DNA from: Microthyrium microscopicum
Lineage: Eukaryota
Direction of reading: 5' to 3'
Assembly: GCA_010405405.1 (NCBI GenBank)
Contig: MU004232.1
Span: 1,507,481-1,571,480 of the forward strand
DNA: 64,000 nucleotides
Each line of letters starts with the position of its first letter. Position 1 is the stretch's first letter. The notes under the pieces are model-generated. The model saw only the letters and a program-made list of their open reading frames with translations. It did not search any database and was not told where the DNA came from. The translations under genes were made by a program, and so were the position numbers. Below are positions 22,087 through 37,552 of the stretch, piece after piece.

Positions 22087-25000
22087 GATTGCTGTTGTTC
22101 GTTAGGATGATTGTTTTGAAAGTAAAGAATTGGTATTGGAATTGGATGTTGAAGTGATTGAGTTGTTGTTTGATGATGTTCAAGTCTTTAGATCTCAGTC
22201 GCTCTTTATACACGGAATACTACGTTCCCTAAGGACAGTTACCTGGCTGTAGGTAGCTCTTGAGATAGCTTCATTTCGATGCAAATGCACCATCGCTGTT
22301 TTGGCCCTCAAAAACAGGCATATATTTAGCACCGAAATTGGGATGACACGCAAAACTCATATCGAATGCAAGCTTATTCCCACGATCAACGATTAGAGCT
22401 TCACAGACAAATTAACTCGGCCATACTTTGCATTGAAAAATGTTTAGATTTGCATGTCAAAGTTGCCAGTGACGCGTTGAATCTGGAGGAAGGTAAGCAT
22501 CATGGGTATATCAGAGTCCGGATAAGCTTGCAAATCTTGTGAACAAAGCTTTTGCCGCAGCCTCATTCTTGAGTGATTGTCTATGCTCGGCCATATTTAT
22601 AGACTTTTTAAATGAATAGAAGACGTAAAATGCAGGTTATGGTCTTAGGGCAGTTGCCCTTTGTAGCACATTTTCGTCATATTTTTCAGGGGCTTGTGAT
22701 ATTGATTGACAAGTTCTTTGCCACGACATGTCTTTATCGCAGTCTCTTTGAGTTTCATCTCTTGAAGCATGGCTAAAATAGGACTTTTTGGGAGAACCTT
22801 GGGCGGATGATCTACATTACATCAGATGGTGAACAACTAGTATGGCCCAGGCCTGGAAGCTTACTTGCCTGGCATTGAACATTGACGGATTGGAATGCCA
22901 AGTTCCTTGAGTAAGGAAGTCTCATCAGCTCTCATAAGGAAAAACATTGAATGCGCTTATCAATATAAGAATCTCCCGAGAGGTCTTGGAAGACATAATA
23001 CCAGCTTTCCAGAGTCGCTGTGCAATGAGTTATTCTATCTCTGGAAACACAACATAATTCTCAGTACCATAGGTAGGTATTGGGCATATAGTTAGTCATT
23101 TGAGCGATTGAGCCTTTTCATGTTCTGGTGTATGCATGAAGTAATGAATACGCATCCGAAGACTGACCGAAAGACACAAAAACCTTCCCCTTCCCAAACA
23201 ATTTCGATGTCTTTCTTTGTCTAAACTGAAAAAAGATGCAAACAACAAAATTTGTTGGATGGCATCATGGGTCACAGACACGCGTACTCATCTAGACCCA
23301 AGATTGGGGATCCGTTAGCCAGCAGGTACTTTGTCTAAAAGGTATGAACATCCAGATGCTTCGTCACTGGCTCTCCAAGCTCAAAACGCATTTCTTTCCT
23401 TCCTTCCTTATAGTGAATATCACTTGTAATACAGCTCTAGAACCTATTCTCTTACGTTCATATCCTTTTTTGCCGTTATCTGAGCCACTCCTGCCGTTCC
23501 GAGTTCCTCAAAACACTTGAGGAATCCTTTATACGTATGCGCTTACCAACTTGACTTTGAAGACTGGGCGCTGCAAGTAGTATAGCTTGAAATATAGCCA
23601 GCTCGCTGTTTCATATTTCTGGCTTTCATACCCTTAGATGCTCTGGACAGGAATGCTGGAGCACCTTGTGAGCGCGGGAGGATATCATTTGCTGGCCAGA
23701 CGGCGGCTCTAAGAGACTTCTGCCAGAAAAGGGAAGTATACATTCTATTCGCACCAAGAACAAACTATCCCCTTCCAAACGTCTTCCGAGGAGCCTACAA
23801 TGGTTTGCTAGACCCGCAAAACCGTGAAAACACAATGTAGCCCCATTCTAGACGGGGCGAGTGTACACTATTAAAATCCCGACATCACTTTTTTCCTACA
23901 TCATTCGACTTTGGTACCGTGCCCGGGGCTCTCCTGGTAACATGAATTGTTCTGCTCGTTGACTTGCAGCGAACAATAGTTTAGCTCCTGATATCCCGGA
24001 TTATGGTCAGGCTCGCCGCTTGACATGTACTTCCTCCGCGTGGTTAGTCTTTGTCAACACCACGAAACTGTTACTGAAATCATCATATCCAGCCCGAACG
24101 TTAGGAAAGAGCGTAGACTCAACGAAATGGGCGGCTTCTCTTTGATAATGCAACCTACCCATATCGCTGCTCTTCTTGCTGCGCTGCCATCCAAACTTGA
24201 GTTATTGGTGGTTCTAGAGGAGGCTATGGCATCAGTTCACTAGAGGGCGCAGGAAACATATACCACAGCTTTGAAAGCAATAGAATCAAGAACATTTCGT
24301 TCGACTATACCTGCTTTGCTATGTTTTCAGACTGCTCCCAAGTCCTGAAGAGACATATAGTGACCTGGTATGAACAATTTTCATGGTTTCAATGTTGCTT
24401 ACAGCTACGATAACACTGTTTAGCCGCTTTCCAGCGATTTTATACAGCTCAAACCTCTTTGTCGTGCTTTTCCACGCGGCAAACATCTCTGATGTTCCGG
24501 AGCTAGAAAAGGCACTTTCGCTTGTTCAGTATACAGTATCCCAACACTTTCCAGCGGCATTCGGAGCCTTCATAATATACAGTCATTGTCCAAGATTCTT
24601 TTGGCTGATCAAATGTCCGTATAGATTGAACAATACTCTGGCTTGGTGGCCTTTATATTGAGGCTTTGAATTGGGGCTTTCGAGAATTATACACTAGATA
24701 AGCTCTGAATACGACATTGACTCTACAAGATATCTCTAGTCAAACGTGGCTTCTCTAGTACCTCTCTTAATTATCAGTTTTATCGTCGCAGTCGCTCGGG
24801 GTCAAGTTAGGTGTACACGAATCAAATGGAGCATGGCGACAGTGCTCGTTTTGGTGAGCGTTCTGCTTAGTTTCAACTCGAGAATACGTTTTCAAAAGCT
24901 GTCTGCTTCTACTACCCGAATCGACTCTCCAGACTCGACCAAGTCTTTCCTTATGAGACCTCTTTTTTGGACTTTCTTTCAAAGTTCTAAGCGATGTGAT

Positions 25001-25316
25001 CTTGCTAGCTTGTTAGAGACCGATATCTGGCTAGCAGATAAAGCAATGATTGAAAGTTCTGAACCCAGTTGCTGTTTAGTCCACAACTACGAAAGGTTTT
25101 CAAGCTCGTTCTTCTCGTCTAATACTGAATGGTATCCGACGCTATCGTTACCGAACAACCAATCTCAGAACCTGTCTTTCAACATGTCCAGGCCGAACTT
25201 CACGTCGACTCTCGAATATTGGAGGCTTAAGTTATCTTGACTTAAAATTGAACCTCTCTTAGCTAAAAAATTGATAATTGTGAGACCGTGGGTTTACCAC
25301 TCATTTTAGCAGTCAA

Positions 25317-27224
25317 TTAAGAAAGTGTTTCCCTCCGCGAGTCTGTCATGGGCTGTTTCCTCTCCGCTTGCTCTATTCGCCTTTGAAGATCCTGACTTTC
25401 ATATTCCGCTGTATTGGACCCCGGAACAAACAATGGAGCATTTGTGAATAAGTAGTTCATCTCCTCTAATGGCCTCTTCGCAGTTTCTGGCAGGAATGCC
25501 CAAAAGAAGAGCGCGTTAGTGAAATTGCATACCTGCAGATATAAGTGTTAGCCATATCGAGTCATTAAGTAAGTTATATGATGCTTTCTTACGCAGAAAA
25601 GATAGTACCACTTGAATCCAATTGTTTTCATGGCCGTGGAGGTAGTTTGACCGATCATAGTATTGAAAGCAAACGATACCATCGTAGCGATAGAAACCCC
25701 CTTCGAACGAGTTCTAGTATCGAAGATTTCTGCTGGTATAATCCATGACAGAGGACCGCAAGTGGCACTGAATGAGAAATTGAAAAGCCAAGTCATGGCG
25801 ATGAATCCCCAAGATGCTCCACGGTTGTAATTTGTTTGGGGATTATAATGGGCGAGTAGTACTGTAGCAATGATGAATGTGATTGAGTTTCCCAAGTTGC
25901 CAATGATAAGTGGCCATCGTCTTCCAAAGCGATCAATAAACATCATACACAAGAATTGTGCAAATAGGGCGATGATGGAATTGTACGCTTGATATTTGAG
26001 AGCATTGGCACTGTCGATGCCGATGAGCTTGAAAATGGTGACAGAATAATACTGGATAGCGCTGACTCCGGTCATTTGTACTGATGCTTGGAGAGCGACG
26101 GCGAGAAAGAGTCGACGAAAGGAGGATTTGTGGGTGAAGAGCTCTTTGTAGGATTTTGCTTCATGCTCTCGGGTATACGTTATTTCATCTTGGATTTGCG
26201 AGAACTCTGCTATTACCTAAGGGTTTGTTAGTCAAGACTCTAACTGCTTCTTATTTTGGGCATCGTGGTGAAAGCATCAGGGATGCTTTTGTAAAAGGAC
26301 AGTTATGACAAACGTGTATGCCATGCTTGGACTCACCCAAAGGTCTTCTTCATTGCCATGAGCATGTAATTGAGCTAGAACAGCTCGAGCCTTCTCTGGT
26401 TTCCCATGGTCGATGAGCCATCTGGGAGATTCTGGGAAGAGCAAGATCAAGAGGGCCAAAACACCGGCCGGAATGATCTGAATACCCAGACTAATCCGCC
26501 ATTGCTTGCTATCAGTTGCTGGAAATCCCACGAAAGTGCCTGATGTTGCGTTAGTATACTTCGCAAGTGCCCTCGCCATTTGACTCACCCCAAGAGGCCC
26601 AAGATGCAATCAACGCTCCGATCCCAAGCATGAACTGCTGCAGTGTCGTGACTCGACCTCGAATGCTTGGATGGCATAACTCGGCTTGATATATTGGAAC
26701 GATCATAACAAGAAAGCCCACCCTCGTACGCGTTAGCTCGATTCACCCTTCAGTTTGGCAAAGGCACTAATACTGACCCAATACCGGCAAGACTGCGCCC
26801 AGCGTATAGATATGAAAGGCTTCGTGCGCCCGTTTGCAGAGCGCCTCCAAGACAAAAGATCAATGCGCCGGTCATAATAGTAATCTTTCGACCAAATCGA
26901 TCTCCTGAAGGCCCGGCGAGGAATGCGCCAATGAAACCTCCTCCAGTGAAAACAGAGACCACGGCACCGCTAACGCCATCTAGTCAGCTACAGTCTTTTG
27001 ACAGCATGAAGTGTAGGTTACGTTTGAGCATCCGTGGGGTGAAACAATGCTGTGAAATTATCACTGGCAATAGCTTCGGCGATTACACCAAGATCATATC
27101 CATACAACAAGGAGCCTAATGAGGCAAAAACCGCCACAAGGAACTAGATAGAATTAACTCTCTGTATGTGCAGTATAATTCTAAAACGCTAGCATACCTG
27201 ATACCATTTTGGAGGCAGCGCCAT
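25317..27224 (-). CDS. MFS sugar porter (probable pentose/arabino-oligosaccharide transporter), multi-exon
   Basis: LYGYDLGVI, GDRFGRK, PESPRWL, TGVSAIQYYS, IDRFGRR, GPLSWIIPAEIF, PETAKRPLEEM. Confidence 0.9.
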
Positions 27225-27458
27225 CGCGAACCCTTTGTTATTGACGAGAATGGAATTAGGTGGTGAACTTTTCGAAATCGTTATGATCAAAAAAAGTTGC
27301 ACTACATCACAATGCCCGTTATACGTTGCTCTATATTAATTGAACCATAATTCCAGGTCCCCGGCAGCTTAGGGAAATACCAAACTTTTTGTTACCAGGG
27401 CACCCATTATTCGCAGTGTCCAGAACAAGTGATAGCCTCGACATCACAACCAAAATCC

Positions 27459-27466
27459 CGGATAAA
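27459..27466 (+). promoter_or_regulatory. Possible AraR-type (CGGDTAAW) site in divergent promoter
   Basis: CGGATAAA between the sugar porter and GH51 start codons; short motif, could be chance. Confidence 0.35.
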
Positions 27467-27810
27467 TGCATAAAACTGTGGAGCAAATAATCAAGGTTGG
27501 ATTTGGACCTGACTCGCTCTTCAGTCTATCGTGAGAAATGGTAAAATCCGTACATATAAATCATGCCGAGGCGTGAAGGACTTCTAAATTCCACCAATCA
27601 GTCATAGTATGCTCGGTCATCGGGTTATTGTTGTTCCAATATATGGGCTAGGATCATTATACCTGGAGCATGAACATTGTGGGGTGATCGCTCTTGGTTC
27701 AATTCATGAGTGGTTGTCCGGATCGTGGCCGATTTCGGATTCCGTACATCGTTTTGTAGTCCAGTTCTTGACGTAACGAGTATAAACAACAACAGATATT
27801 GGTATTCACC

Positions 27811-29664
<1,854 letters not shown>

Positions 29665-31426
29665 AGCTTCTGAGATCATAGTGAATCAAATATTGGATGT
29701 GAAACTTACAAAAAAATGCGGCTGTATTCAACCGATCCTAACGCAAAGGTAGAATAAATAGTACCTTTCAATGCCCGTTAAAGATAGACATAAATCTGGA
29801 TTTGTGTTTGTGATACTGACAGCCAGCACAGTGATGCCGAAGGAATCTATTTCAGCTTCATCACACTGCAGATAGAAGTATCCACGAAAGCTTGTTGGTG
29901 TTTGCCCATCAGCTCAATCATTAAGCTTGAAGTTAGAACAAAACAACCAGACGCGCCTTGTGACTAGCGTTGGTAGTCGCGTGGATTAGTTTGCGGTAAG
30001 CTAATTACTCCAAGCTGTGACTCGTGAGTGGCCAAGTTGAGAACTCGGGTGGGTATATGATATCCACGCAAATGATTCAATTCCCTTAGTGCATCTTGTC
30101 ATGTGTATCGTACGGCGTACCTTGACTCTCTTAGTCTCTTGGGGATAAGATCAAGCTTTAGCAAAGTACTTAGTACAGAACTACAGATACTTATTACTTA
30201 AGCAGGCTCTTTTGAACTGACAACAACAAGCATGAAGACCGCGGAGTCGCTTCCTTTCTGCCACGCAATTCCTTCCAGCGAAAGTAGGAACTCGGTTAAG
30301 CCAAACGTCGCTTAGTATGGCTAAATAACGCGTCTGACGGTTCTATTATATGTCTAGTAACTGCGTCAGACATTGGAGTTAATTCAATCGACGCTGATGA
30401 TAAGACGGCATGGTGCGGCTTTCGGCAGTGTCCTGAGTCCTCAGTCCTGACTGTCTTCTCCTCTGATTATTTGAGTCGCAGGCGTCCTGTTTGATGCCAA
30501 GTAAGCGAAGCAACGGTCTGGATTTTAAGCCTCACCGCTGATCCGCTTCCATCCTTTTGGAAGCTATCGACCCAGATAAGTTTAGCGCTTGGTAGCCTTG
30601 CGCGCAAAGCCCAATGCTGCTCCATGCCATCTCGTAGGGCAGGTAGGATCATGGGATATTTTGCAAAACATTACTGAAATGTTCAAGAATCTTCTCCTGT
30701 GGCGTTTTGGACAACTCCAGCACTCAGCTGGTTGTTCGCTGATAAACGGTTTTGCAACGTGCGATGCCCACCTCACTACTTGACTTCATACATGGATCTG
30801 GTGTGGTGCAAGATACACTTGAATCGGCTCCGTAGAGAGTTGTAATCGTCGAGCTCGAACACATGGTCATTGATTTTATTGAGTTCATGGTCAGGAAACT
30901 GAAGTCTGGATCATCACGGAACGATTGGTTCCAACAACGTGGGAATTTTTCCCGCGGGCAGGTCCCACTCCTTGCCGTCCTTCTCTCCTAAAGCTGTTCT
31001 GGAACTAGAGATCGCCACAGCCAAAATGGTCCAGAGAGGCGTTCAGCTCTTAACCTTATTTGTTGGTGCTTGCTTCGCGTCGCCTTGATATTGCCTCAGA
31101 AAGCCTCTAAGACCACAATTGAAGCCACGCCCACGTGCATAGACCGCGATATTGCCAGCCAAAATGTAGCTGACAGACTTGACGGGCGCGTCTTGTCTGT
31201 GAACAAAACCATACTAGAGGACGCTTGCAGCGCGTTGTTTGGATTCTGCTCATACCATTCTAACATTCGTTTGAACACGACAGTTGCTATCGAAGTTTCT
31301 TGTTCATTCATCATGCTATCATTTCATTTATAACTTTTTAATATTAATCGGTTTCCTTTCGAGGACAATCCTTTTCTTTCGGGTAGTTTTCTATCCATTG
31401 GTCATTTCGGGTGACCAAGAGTCACG

Positions 31427-33804
31427 ATGGCGAAGATGTTTACGAGGGGGAATAGCGAAAAGTTGCATCAGGCAGATGGAAGATGGGGAATCAAATTCGC
31501 ATGTCGATTGGGTATGAGTCTTGTCAGTGTGGCTGCAATTGCTCTTGCTGTCGTTACTCTCATTACGGGCAACTCAAGTTTTGCTCCCAAACCATTTCGA
31601 CAAGCTGGAGATGTCGTGATATACCTCCCATGTGTAAGCGAAAAGTTCCTTGATGATTAATCAGATTGTGCTGACAAGAAGTTCAGGATATTGTTTCCAT
31701 CCTGTGGAATATCACCTGCATCGTCTACTTCTTTTCGAAAAGAAAGCCACTGCTTCCAACTGCCACAGTAGTACTGCATTTCTGTCTGGCCATCATTTTC
31801 GCCATTACAGGAGTTTATGTAACTCTCGTAACTTGGACCGGATACAAGGGCCTCAGCGGCGATATATACAACGTCGACATGCTTGGAGAGCATCAAGTAA
31901 CATCGATTGAAGGCAATGCTGTAACTGTCAACGCTGGAAATGTCCACGATTGTCCGGCATTTCCAAGCTGCACTTCTCAACGGATGTGGCTCCAACAAGC
32001 TCAGCAGCGTGGACTTACTGCAGTCATTGGATCCATTTTGTTTGATCTGAGCTTGTATGTTCATACTGTGCCTATCATGAACTCAATGCTAACATCTTAT
32101 AGCTTCTTCCATTGTGCACTCTTCTTCCTAGGTCTCAACGATGCGGTATTTGGCGGTCGTGATCTTCTAAAGCGACGGCCAAAGCGAAAAGGCAAATCAT
32201 CACCAACCATGGAGGATTACAAACATGCAATGCGTGCCTCCGTGAGGGAAACGTCGCAATACGCTGATCCAGTTCCCATGTCAGCATTTAGAAAGGTCTA
32301 TGCTGACCTTCCTATTGGGCCCAGTCGACTAAGTGGAGCGGGCATCAAACCATATAGCAACCATAACTCTGGAGTGGCTTCACCTCGTCACATCGCCATT
32401 GACATGGATCCATACAGCTCTCAGCAACGTCTTTACAACGGACAGGATTTGTCACCCACACTTGACCGACCGGCTCGATCTTTACATCGCAGAAGTTCAA
32501 CACCACCCAGGAAATACGAGTCTCGTTCTAGAGAGAGACGCAGCCCTTCTCTAGGCTATCACGAGTCCGAATCCAGGAACCGCCGTAGCCACTCTCCTGG
32601 TTATTACAAATCTCACTCAAGGTCCCGCCGCAGCCGTTCTAGAGGCCACTATGAATCCGATTCCAAGAACCGTCGCAGTCGCTCTCGAAAGAGCCATGGA
32701 TCCCGCTCGCCAGCCCATCGCAGTCGCTCTCGGAGGAGCCATGTCTCTCGCTCACCAGCCCGTCGCAGTCGATCCCCCAGAAGACATGGCTCTCGCTCAC
32801 CATCACGGCATAGCCAGTCCCGCAAGAAGCGTGAGTCTTACACGTCAACTCACCGCAGCCATTCCCGGAAGCATGTAGCATCTCGTTCACCGTCTCGTCA
32901 CAGTCATTCTCACAAACACCACGACTCTCGCACGTCGAATCGGCGAAGTCGGTCTCCAGGTCATTATGAAAGTCGTAGCTCGAATCGACGCAATCACTCT
33001 CCAGGCTACTATGAAACCCGCCCCTCCCATCGAGCTAGTCATTCAAGATATTCCGACTCGCACAAAGCCGATCGACGCGGTCGCTCACCCAGACACGACC
33101 ACCGTCAAAGCAACCGAAGCAGCAGATCACCATCCAGACACAGCAAAAAGCGAATCAGCCGATCACCAGTCCCCCACTACGACTACTACGACGAGGAAGC
33201 AGAGTTAGAAAACGACATGCCGCCGCTACCACTCGAAGCCCAGTTCATGCCGAGCCCACAAGACTTTTCCTCCGACTCCGAGTCTGAAGAGAGCGAAGCA
33301 GAGGAAGAGACGGAAGTAGAAGAGGAGCCCAAGCAAGCGAACGAGAAAAGACCCCGTATGGCACACCGACCACGCTCCTACGACCGCATTTCCTACCTAC
33401 GGAACGCGCCATCCGCAGCCAACTACAAGGCAAACGGCACACCGGGCACAGTCATGACGCATGGGTTCGCTATGCCACCACGACACCATCGGTCACGTTC
33501 CCTGACGAGTATGCGATCTGTTCCTCCTGTCCCACCAATGCCGACTTACATGACGCGCGAGGAACTTGCCCTTTCGCAATCACAACAGGCCAAAGCAAGA
33601 GCGGCTCGTCCGCAGAATCGCCGGCATACTCTTAATGACAAATCAGCTAGCCAACACCAGAAAGTCTCAACGTACGGAGCACATCAGCATTACGTACCAT
33701 CGCCGGGAGTTGGATCGCCTACCTCGTCTACCAAGGGAGACCTTCCACGAAAGAAGAAGGCGCGAAGTGGAGTTGTGTCGAATAAGAGTAGCAGGAGAGC
33801 ATAA
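31427..33804 (+). CDS. Membrane protein (about 4 N-terminal TM helices) with long Arg/Ser/His-rich repeat tail
   Basis: Hydrophobic N-terminal exons (WGIKFACRLGMSLVSVAAIALAVV), intron near 31634-31686; ORF 31879-33804 with RSRS/RSP repeats and acidic tract; exon structure approximate. Confidence 0.6.
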
Positions 33805-34070
33805 GCGATTGTCGTTGATATTGGGTACACACATATAATAGATTCCTTAAATCATACAAATCATAACAACTTATTCCAGCAAGGAGGCTGGTCCAATGAC
33901 TGTGAACCTGACAAACTTGAACATCGATGAGCCTGGAAAGTTCTCAATCTTGGCCAATACCCACCGTAGAAAGTGAAATCACTATGCAAATCCATCGTGG
34001 ATTTCTTCGCATTATATAAATAATCTGGTCTATTGAGTGAAAAGGGGGGTATCAATCGAACCATAACAAC

Positions 34071-36464
34071 CTAGAGCTCCAACTCCCCTCTAACGCCCCA
34101 TTTACCCACCATAGCCATAGCCTCATGATCACCACTTGCCAACTTCTCATTCTGCAGCACTCCAGCAATACACTTCCAGCCATCTCTGCTTCCACCCCAT
34201 CGAAGCATTTCGCTAGCAAATCGTTCTCCTGCAGCGCGGTCCGTTGCACGCTCACCACTCTCAAATACCTGCTTCCAGATTCGGCCTGCTACGGCTCTCG
34301 CGAATAGGTAGCTGTAGTAGGTGGCGCCATATCCATAGAGGTGGCCGAAATGACCTTCCCACGACGTTCCAGGTGGCTCAGGGAGCGTTGCGTTCGAATA
34401 GACGTCGTGGTATATTTCAGTCGTTTTACCAATCGAGGAATTTGAAGTCCAGTCCTTGTTCGAATGGAGCTCTTGATCTAGTAAAGCCATCATGATTTGA
34501 CCTTCCGTCTCTAGGCCTTGAAGTTTTCGTTCGATGGCTAATCGCTCTTCTACGAGCGCGAAAGGGAGGGGTTTGTTCGTCGCATAGTGACGCGCCCACA
34601 AGGCGAGAACTTGAGGTGCAAGCGCAAAATATTCCATCAGCACTGAAGGTAGCTCTGCAAGATCTGTTGCACATCGTGTGCCGGAAACGTTCTGGAGTTG
34701 TGTTTGACCAAGGATAGAATGTATTGCGTGTCCCATTTCGTGGAACAGAGTTTGTACATCGCGGAGAGAGAGCAGGCTTGGCCTGTCGTCAGAAACGGGG
34801 CGGTCAAAATCGCAAATCAACGCTATCGTCGGTAGTTGACGTACGACAGAAGCACGCTTATCAACTGAATATGCCAGCCCTTCCGTGGCTGCAGCTACAG
34901 CGTTGGGAAATGGATGAGCCTCTTCCGTAAATTCGGCGATCTCCTCAGCAGAGATGGCTCTTGCACAACGGAGCGTAAAGTGGGCCGGATTTTGGCTTTT
35001 ACCTTGTCTAGAGAACAAGTCACAGTACAATACTGCGACAATGTTATCAGACTCATCCACAACGTCGAGCCGTCGAACATCCTTCTGCCAGGTTTCACCT
35101 CGCAGTGTCTCTCGAGGAACCAATCTGATGCCGTACAATCTCTGAAAAAGTCTAGATAGACCTTGAAATACAGTCCCTAGAGAGAAATAGGAGGACAGTG
35201 CGTCTGGGGAGCGTATCCTAGTGGCAAGTCCAGCCATCAAGCGGCGAGCATAAAAATCCTTATCCCATGAATTAATGCGCCCAGGAAAATTGCTTGCATG
35301 AGCATCCGCCTTCTTAATTTCCAGTAACTGATCCAATTCATTGTCGACCACGGGCTGTGTATCGGCTTTCAAGGCATGAAGAAAGCTTCTCACGGCCTCG
35401 GGGGTTTTGGCCATCTTGTCAGCAAGAGCCATCTGGCCATAGTTACTATAACCGGCCAATTTGGCAAGCTTGGCTCTATAGTATAACAAGTCTTCCAGTC
35501 TTCGACGGTTATTATCAGCCGAGCTCCTGGTAGCCATATAGATTTCTCGTCTCGTATCTGGATCCTCTACAGTGGACAACGCCTCGTTGATTAGAGGTCC
35601 GGTAGTCGGTATTGACACCATTCCGAATCGCTTTTTCTCCCTGATGTATACCGGTGAAAAGCCATTGAGTCGTTTGGCTTTTAGGTGTATATTGAATGCC
35701 TTTGGCTGTCCAGCTTTTTCAGCAAATACAGTGCCAACCTCCGCAATCTGATTCGAAAGAGCAACAAAAGCGTTTCGGTCCTCATCTGAAAGATCTATGG
35801 CGGACTTGTTGAAATCTTTGAGCAGTATATTTGCCACTGTCCGTTCCTCCTCTGTCCAAGAATCAAAAACCTCGGGTATAGAAGCGGCTTTCTTGAGTTG
35901 TTCATTCAAGCCAGTGGTAGTATTCAGCTGGTTCATGTATTCAAACATTTGCGCGTATGCCTGCGTTGCCGCTTGCTGGAACTGCGGACTGGGATGTGTA
36001 GACCGTATGAAGTCTGCCAAATCAATGACGCGACACAGTAAATCACTCAGTCGGTCCAAGACTTTGACAATAGACTTGTATTCATCAGGCGACTCCATCG
36101 CCAACGTTTGATTTACCAACATGAAGCATTTTCTAATAGAATGTTGCGCGTACTCGAGAAAGCCCTCCGGACGATCCAGGTAGCGATTGCCAATCAACCC
36201 AGTGGAGCGTTCGCTATGCAATTCTTTGGCAGAAAAACCATTCCAGAAAGACCCCGAGTCGAATATCTTTCGGAGTGTATCATCGTCTTGAGAGGCTCGA
36301 GAAGCGTTGAAGGCCGGGGGCGATAAGGAGGACTCGAAGGTTGGAGATGCGACCGTGGAGGTGAGAGTGGAGGCATAGCGACGGGCAATTCTGGAGCGAC
36401 ATGAACTGCAGGTCCATGGTTGTTGTCGCTGTAGAGCTCTTAGAAGGTTGCCGGCGGCTCTCAT
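34071..36464 (-). CDS. OCT1: Mitochondrial intermediate peptidase (M3 family)
   Basis: Presequence with CSSC; LDRLSDLLCRVIDLADFIR, YMNQLNTTTGL, PAHFTLRC, HEMGH zinc motif, FGHLYGYGATYYSYL. Confidence 0.95.
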   Translation of the reverse strand: MRAAGNLLRALQRQQPWTCSSCRSRIARRYASTLTSTVASPTFESSLSPPAFNASRASQDDDTLRKIFDSGSFWNGFSAKELHSERSTGLIGNRYLDRPEGFLEYAQHSIRKCFMLVNQTLAMESPDEYKSIVKVLDRLSDLLCRVIDLADFIRSTHPSPQFQQAATQAYAQMFEYMNQLNTTTGLNEQLKKAASIPEVFDSWTEEERTVANILLKDFNKSAIDLSDEDRNAFVALSNQIAEVGTVFAEKAGQPKAFNIHLKAKRLNGFSPVYIREKKRFGMVSIPTTGPLINEALSTVEDPDTRREIYMATRSSADNNRRRLEDLLYYRAKLAKLAGYSNYGQMALADKMAKTPEAVRSFLHALKADTQPVVDNELDQLLEIKKADAHASNFPGRINSWDKDFYARRLMAGLATRIRSPDALSSYFSLGTVFQGLSRLFQRLYGIRLVPRETLRGETWQKDVRRLDVVDESDNIVAVLYCDLFSRQGKSQNPAHFTLRCARAISAEEIAEFTEEAHPFPNAVAAATEGLAYSVDKRASVVRQLPTIALICDFDRPVSDDRPSLLSLRDVQTLFHEMGHAIHSILGQTQLQNVSGTRCATDLAELPSVLMEYFALAPQVLALWARHYATNKPLPFALVEERLAIERKLQGLETEGQIMMALLDQELHSNKDWTSNSSIGKTTEIYHDVYSNATLPEPPGTSWEGHFGHLYGYGATYYSYLFARAVAGRIWKQVFESGERATDRAAGERFASEMLRWGGSRDGWKCIAGVLQNEKLASGDHEAMAMVGKWGVRGELEL

Positions 36465-37552
36465 TGTCTTATGCCATGGACGTGCAAGATTCGAAGTCCG
36501 AAAGGAGAAAGAGCGCAAGGAAGAATTCCAGTCCTAACCCTAGCTAGTTCCTCAACACCATTGCCATCACCACTTTTTGATCCTACTCAACTTTTTTCCT
36601 CCCAGAGCAAAAACTGCTAGATTCGAGAATTCACGCGTTGCTTTATCACATCTTTGTCTCAAATGAATTCAAGGAAGAGGTTGAATCCGGTGACACGCGT
36701 TTCTGTCGTGTTCTGGCTGCCGTTCGAAGCCGATGTGACCTGCTGCTGAACCAAACCACCCGGCCGTCATTGAAAATCAAGCTTTAACCCCACATTATGC
36801 CATTCTTGAGGTCACTGGTCGCGTACGATTAATACCGGATTTGGGGAAGGCAAGGGAAGGCTACATGCAAGGCTGACTGCGAAGTTGTAGAGACCATGCA
36901 ACACGTGGGGTCATTGGTGGCTGAGAGCTGGTATATCTTCACAAGCTACCAAGATGGATCTGCAATGTGCATACATCAAGCAGCGATTCCTGCATCCCAA
37001 CCTCAAGCTTTTTGGAAGTAGTCTCTGTGAGAGCCCGAAAGTCAGGAACGGTAAGCCCGTTGTCGGCCCACGTTCTTCCTGGCCTTGAACATGGTTCACT
37101 TGCAAACTCAGAACCATGGCTCGTCTTTCTGCCCTCGGTCTCATCTTACCTAAAAGGGCAGTTAGCTCACACGAGAAGATCTATTCAATCTCACCCTCGT
37201 TCAAAGTCGTATAGAAGTGGAGATAGCAGAGAGAAATTCACGTCACAAAAGCATCAAGCATAATACATGAGCAGAGTGGCAATCGTACCTCCAGAAAATT
37301 GGTACTTCGGCAACTCTCCAGCAGGAAGTGGATCTCGAAAGGAAGACTACCCAGACTTTCTTTTTTTAATTTTTGACTAGACTTCAAAGGATCCAACGCT
37401 GGGTCCACTCAGCCTAACACTCGCACCACGTTGATGTGATCACAAAGGTATAATAAGATTCACACCCCAGGTACTACTTTGAGGATTCAACGATCTCAAC
37501 CATCATTATTCTGCTGAGACTTTTGAGTCACTACTCGGCTTAAATTCTCCAG

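Noticed and set aside
36533..36543. CTAACCCT as telomerase RNA template or telomeric repeat
   Set aside because: Single short match in the OCT1 upstream region with no supporting structure
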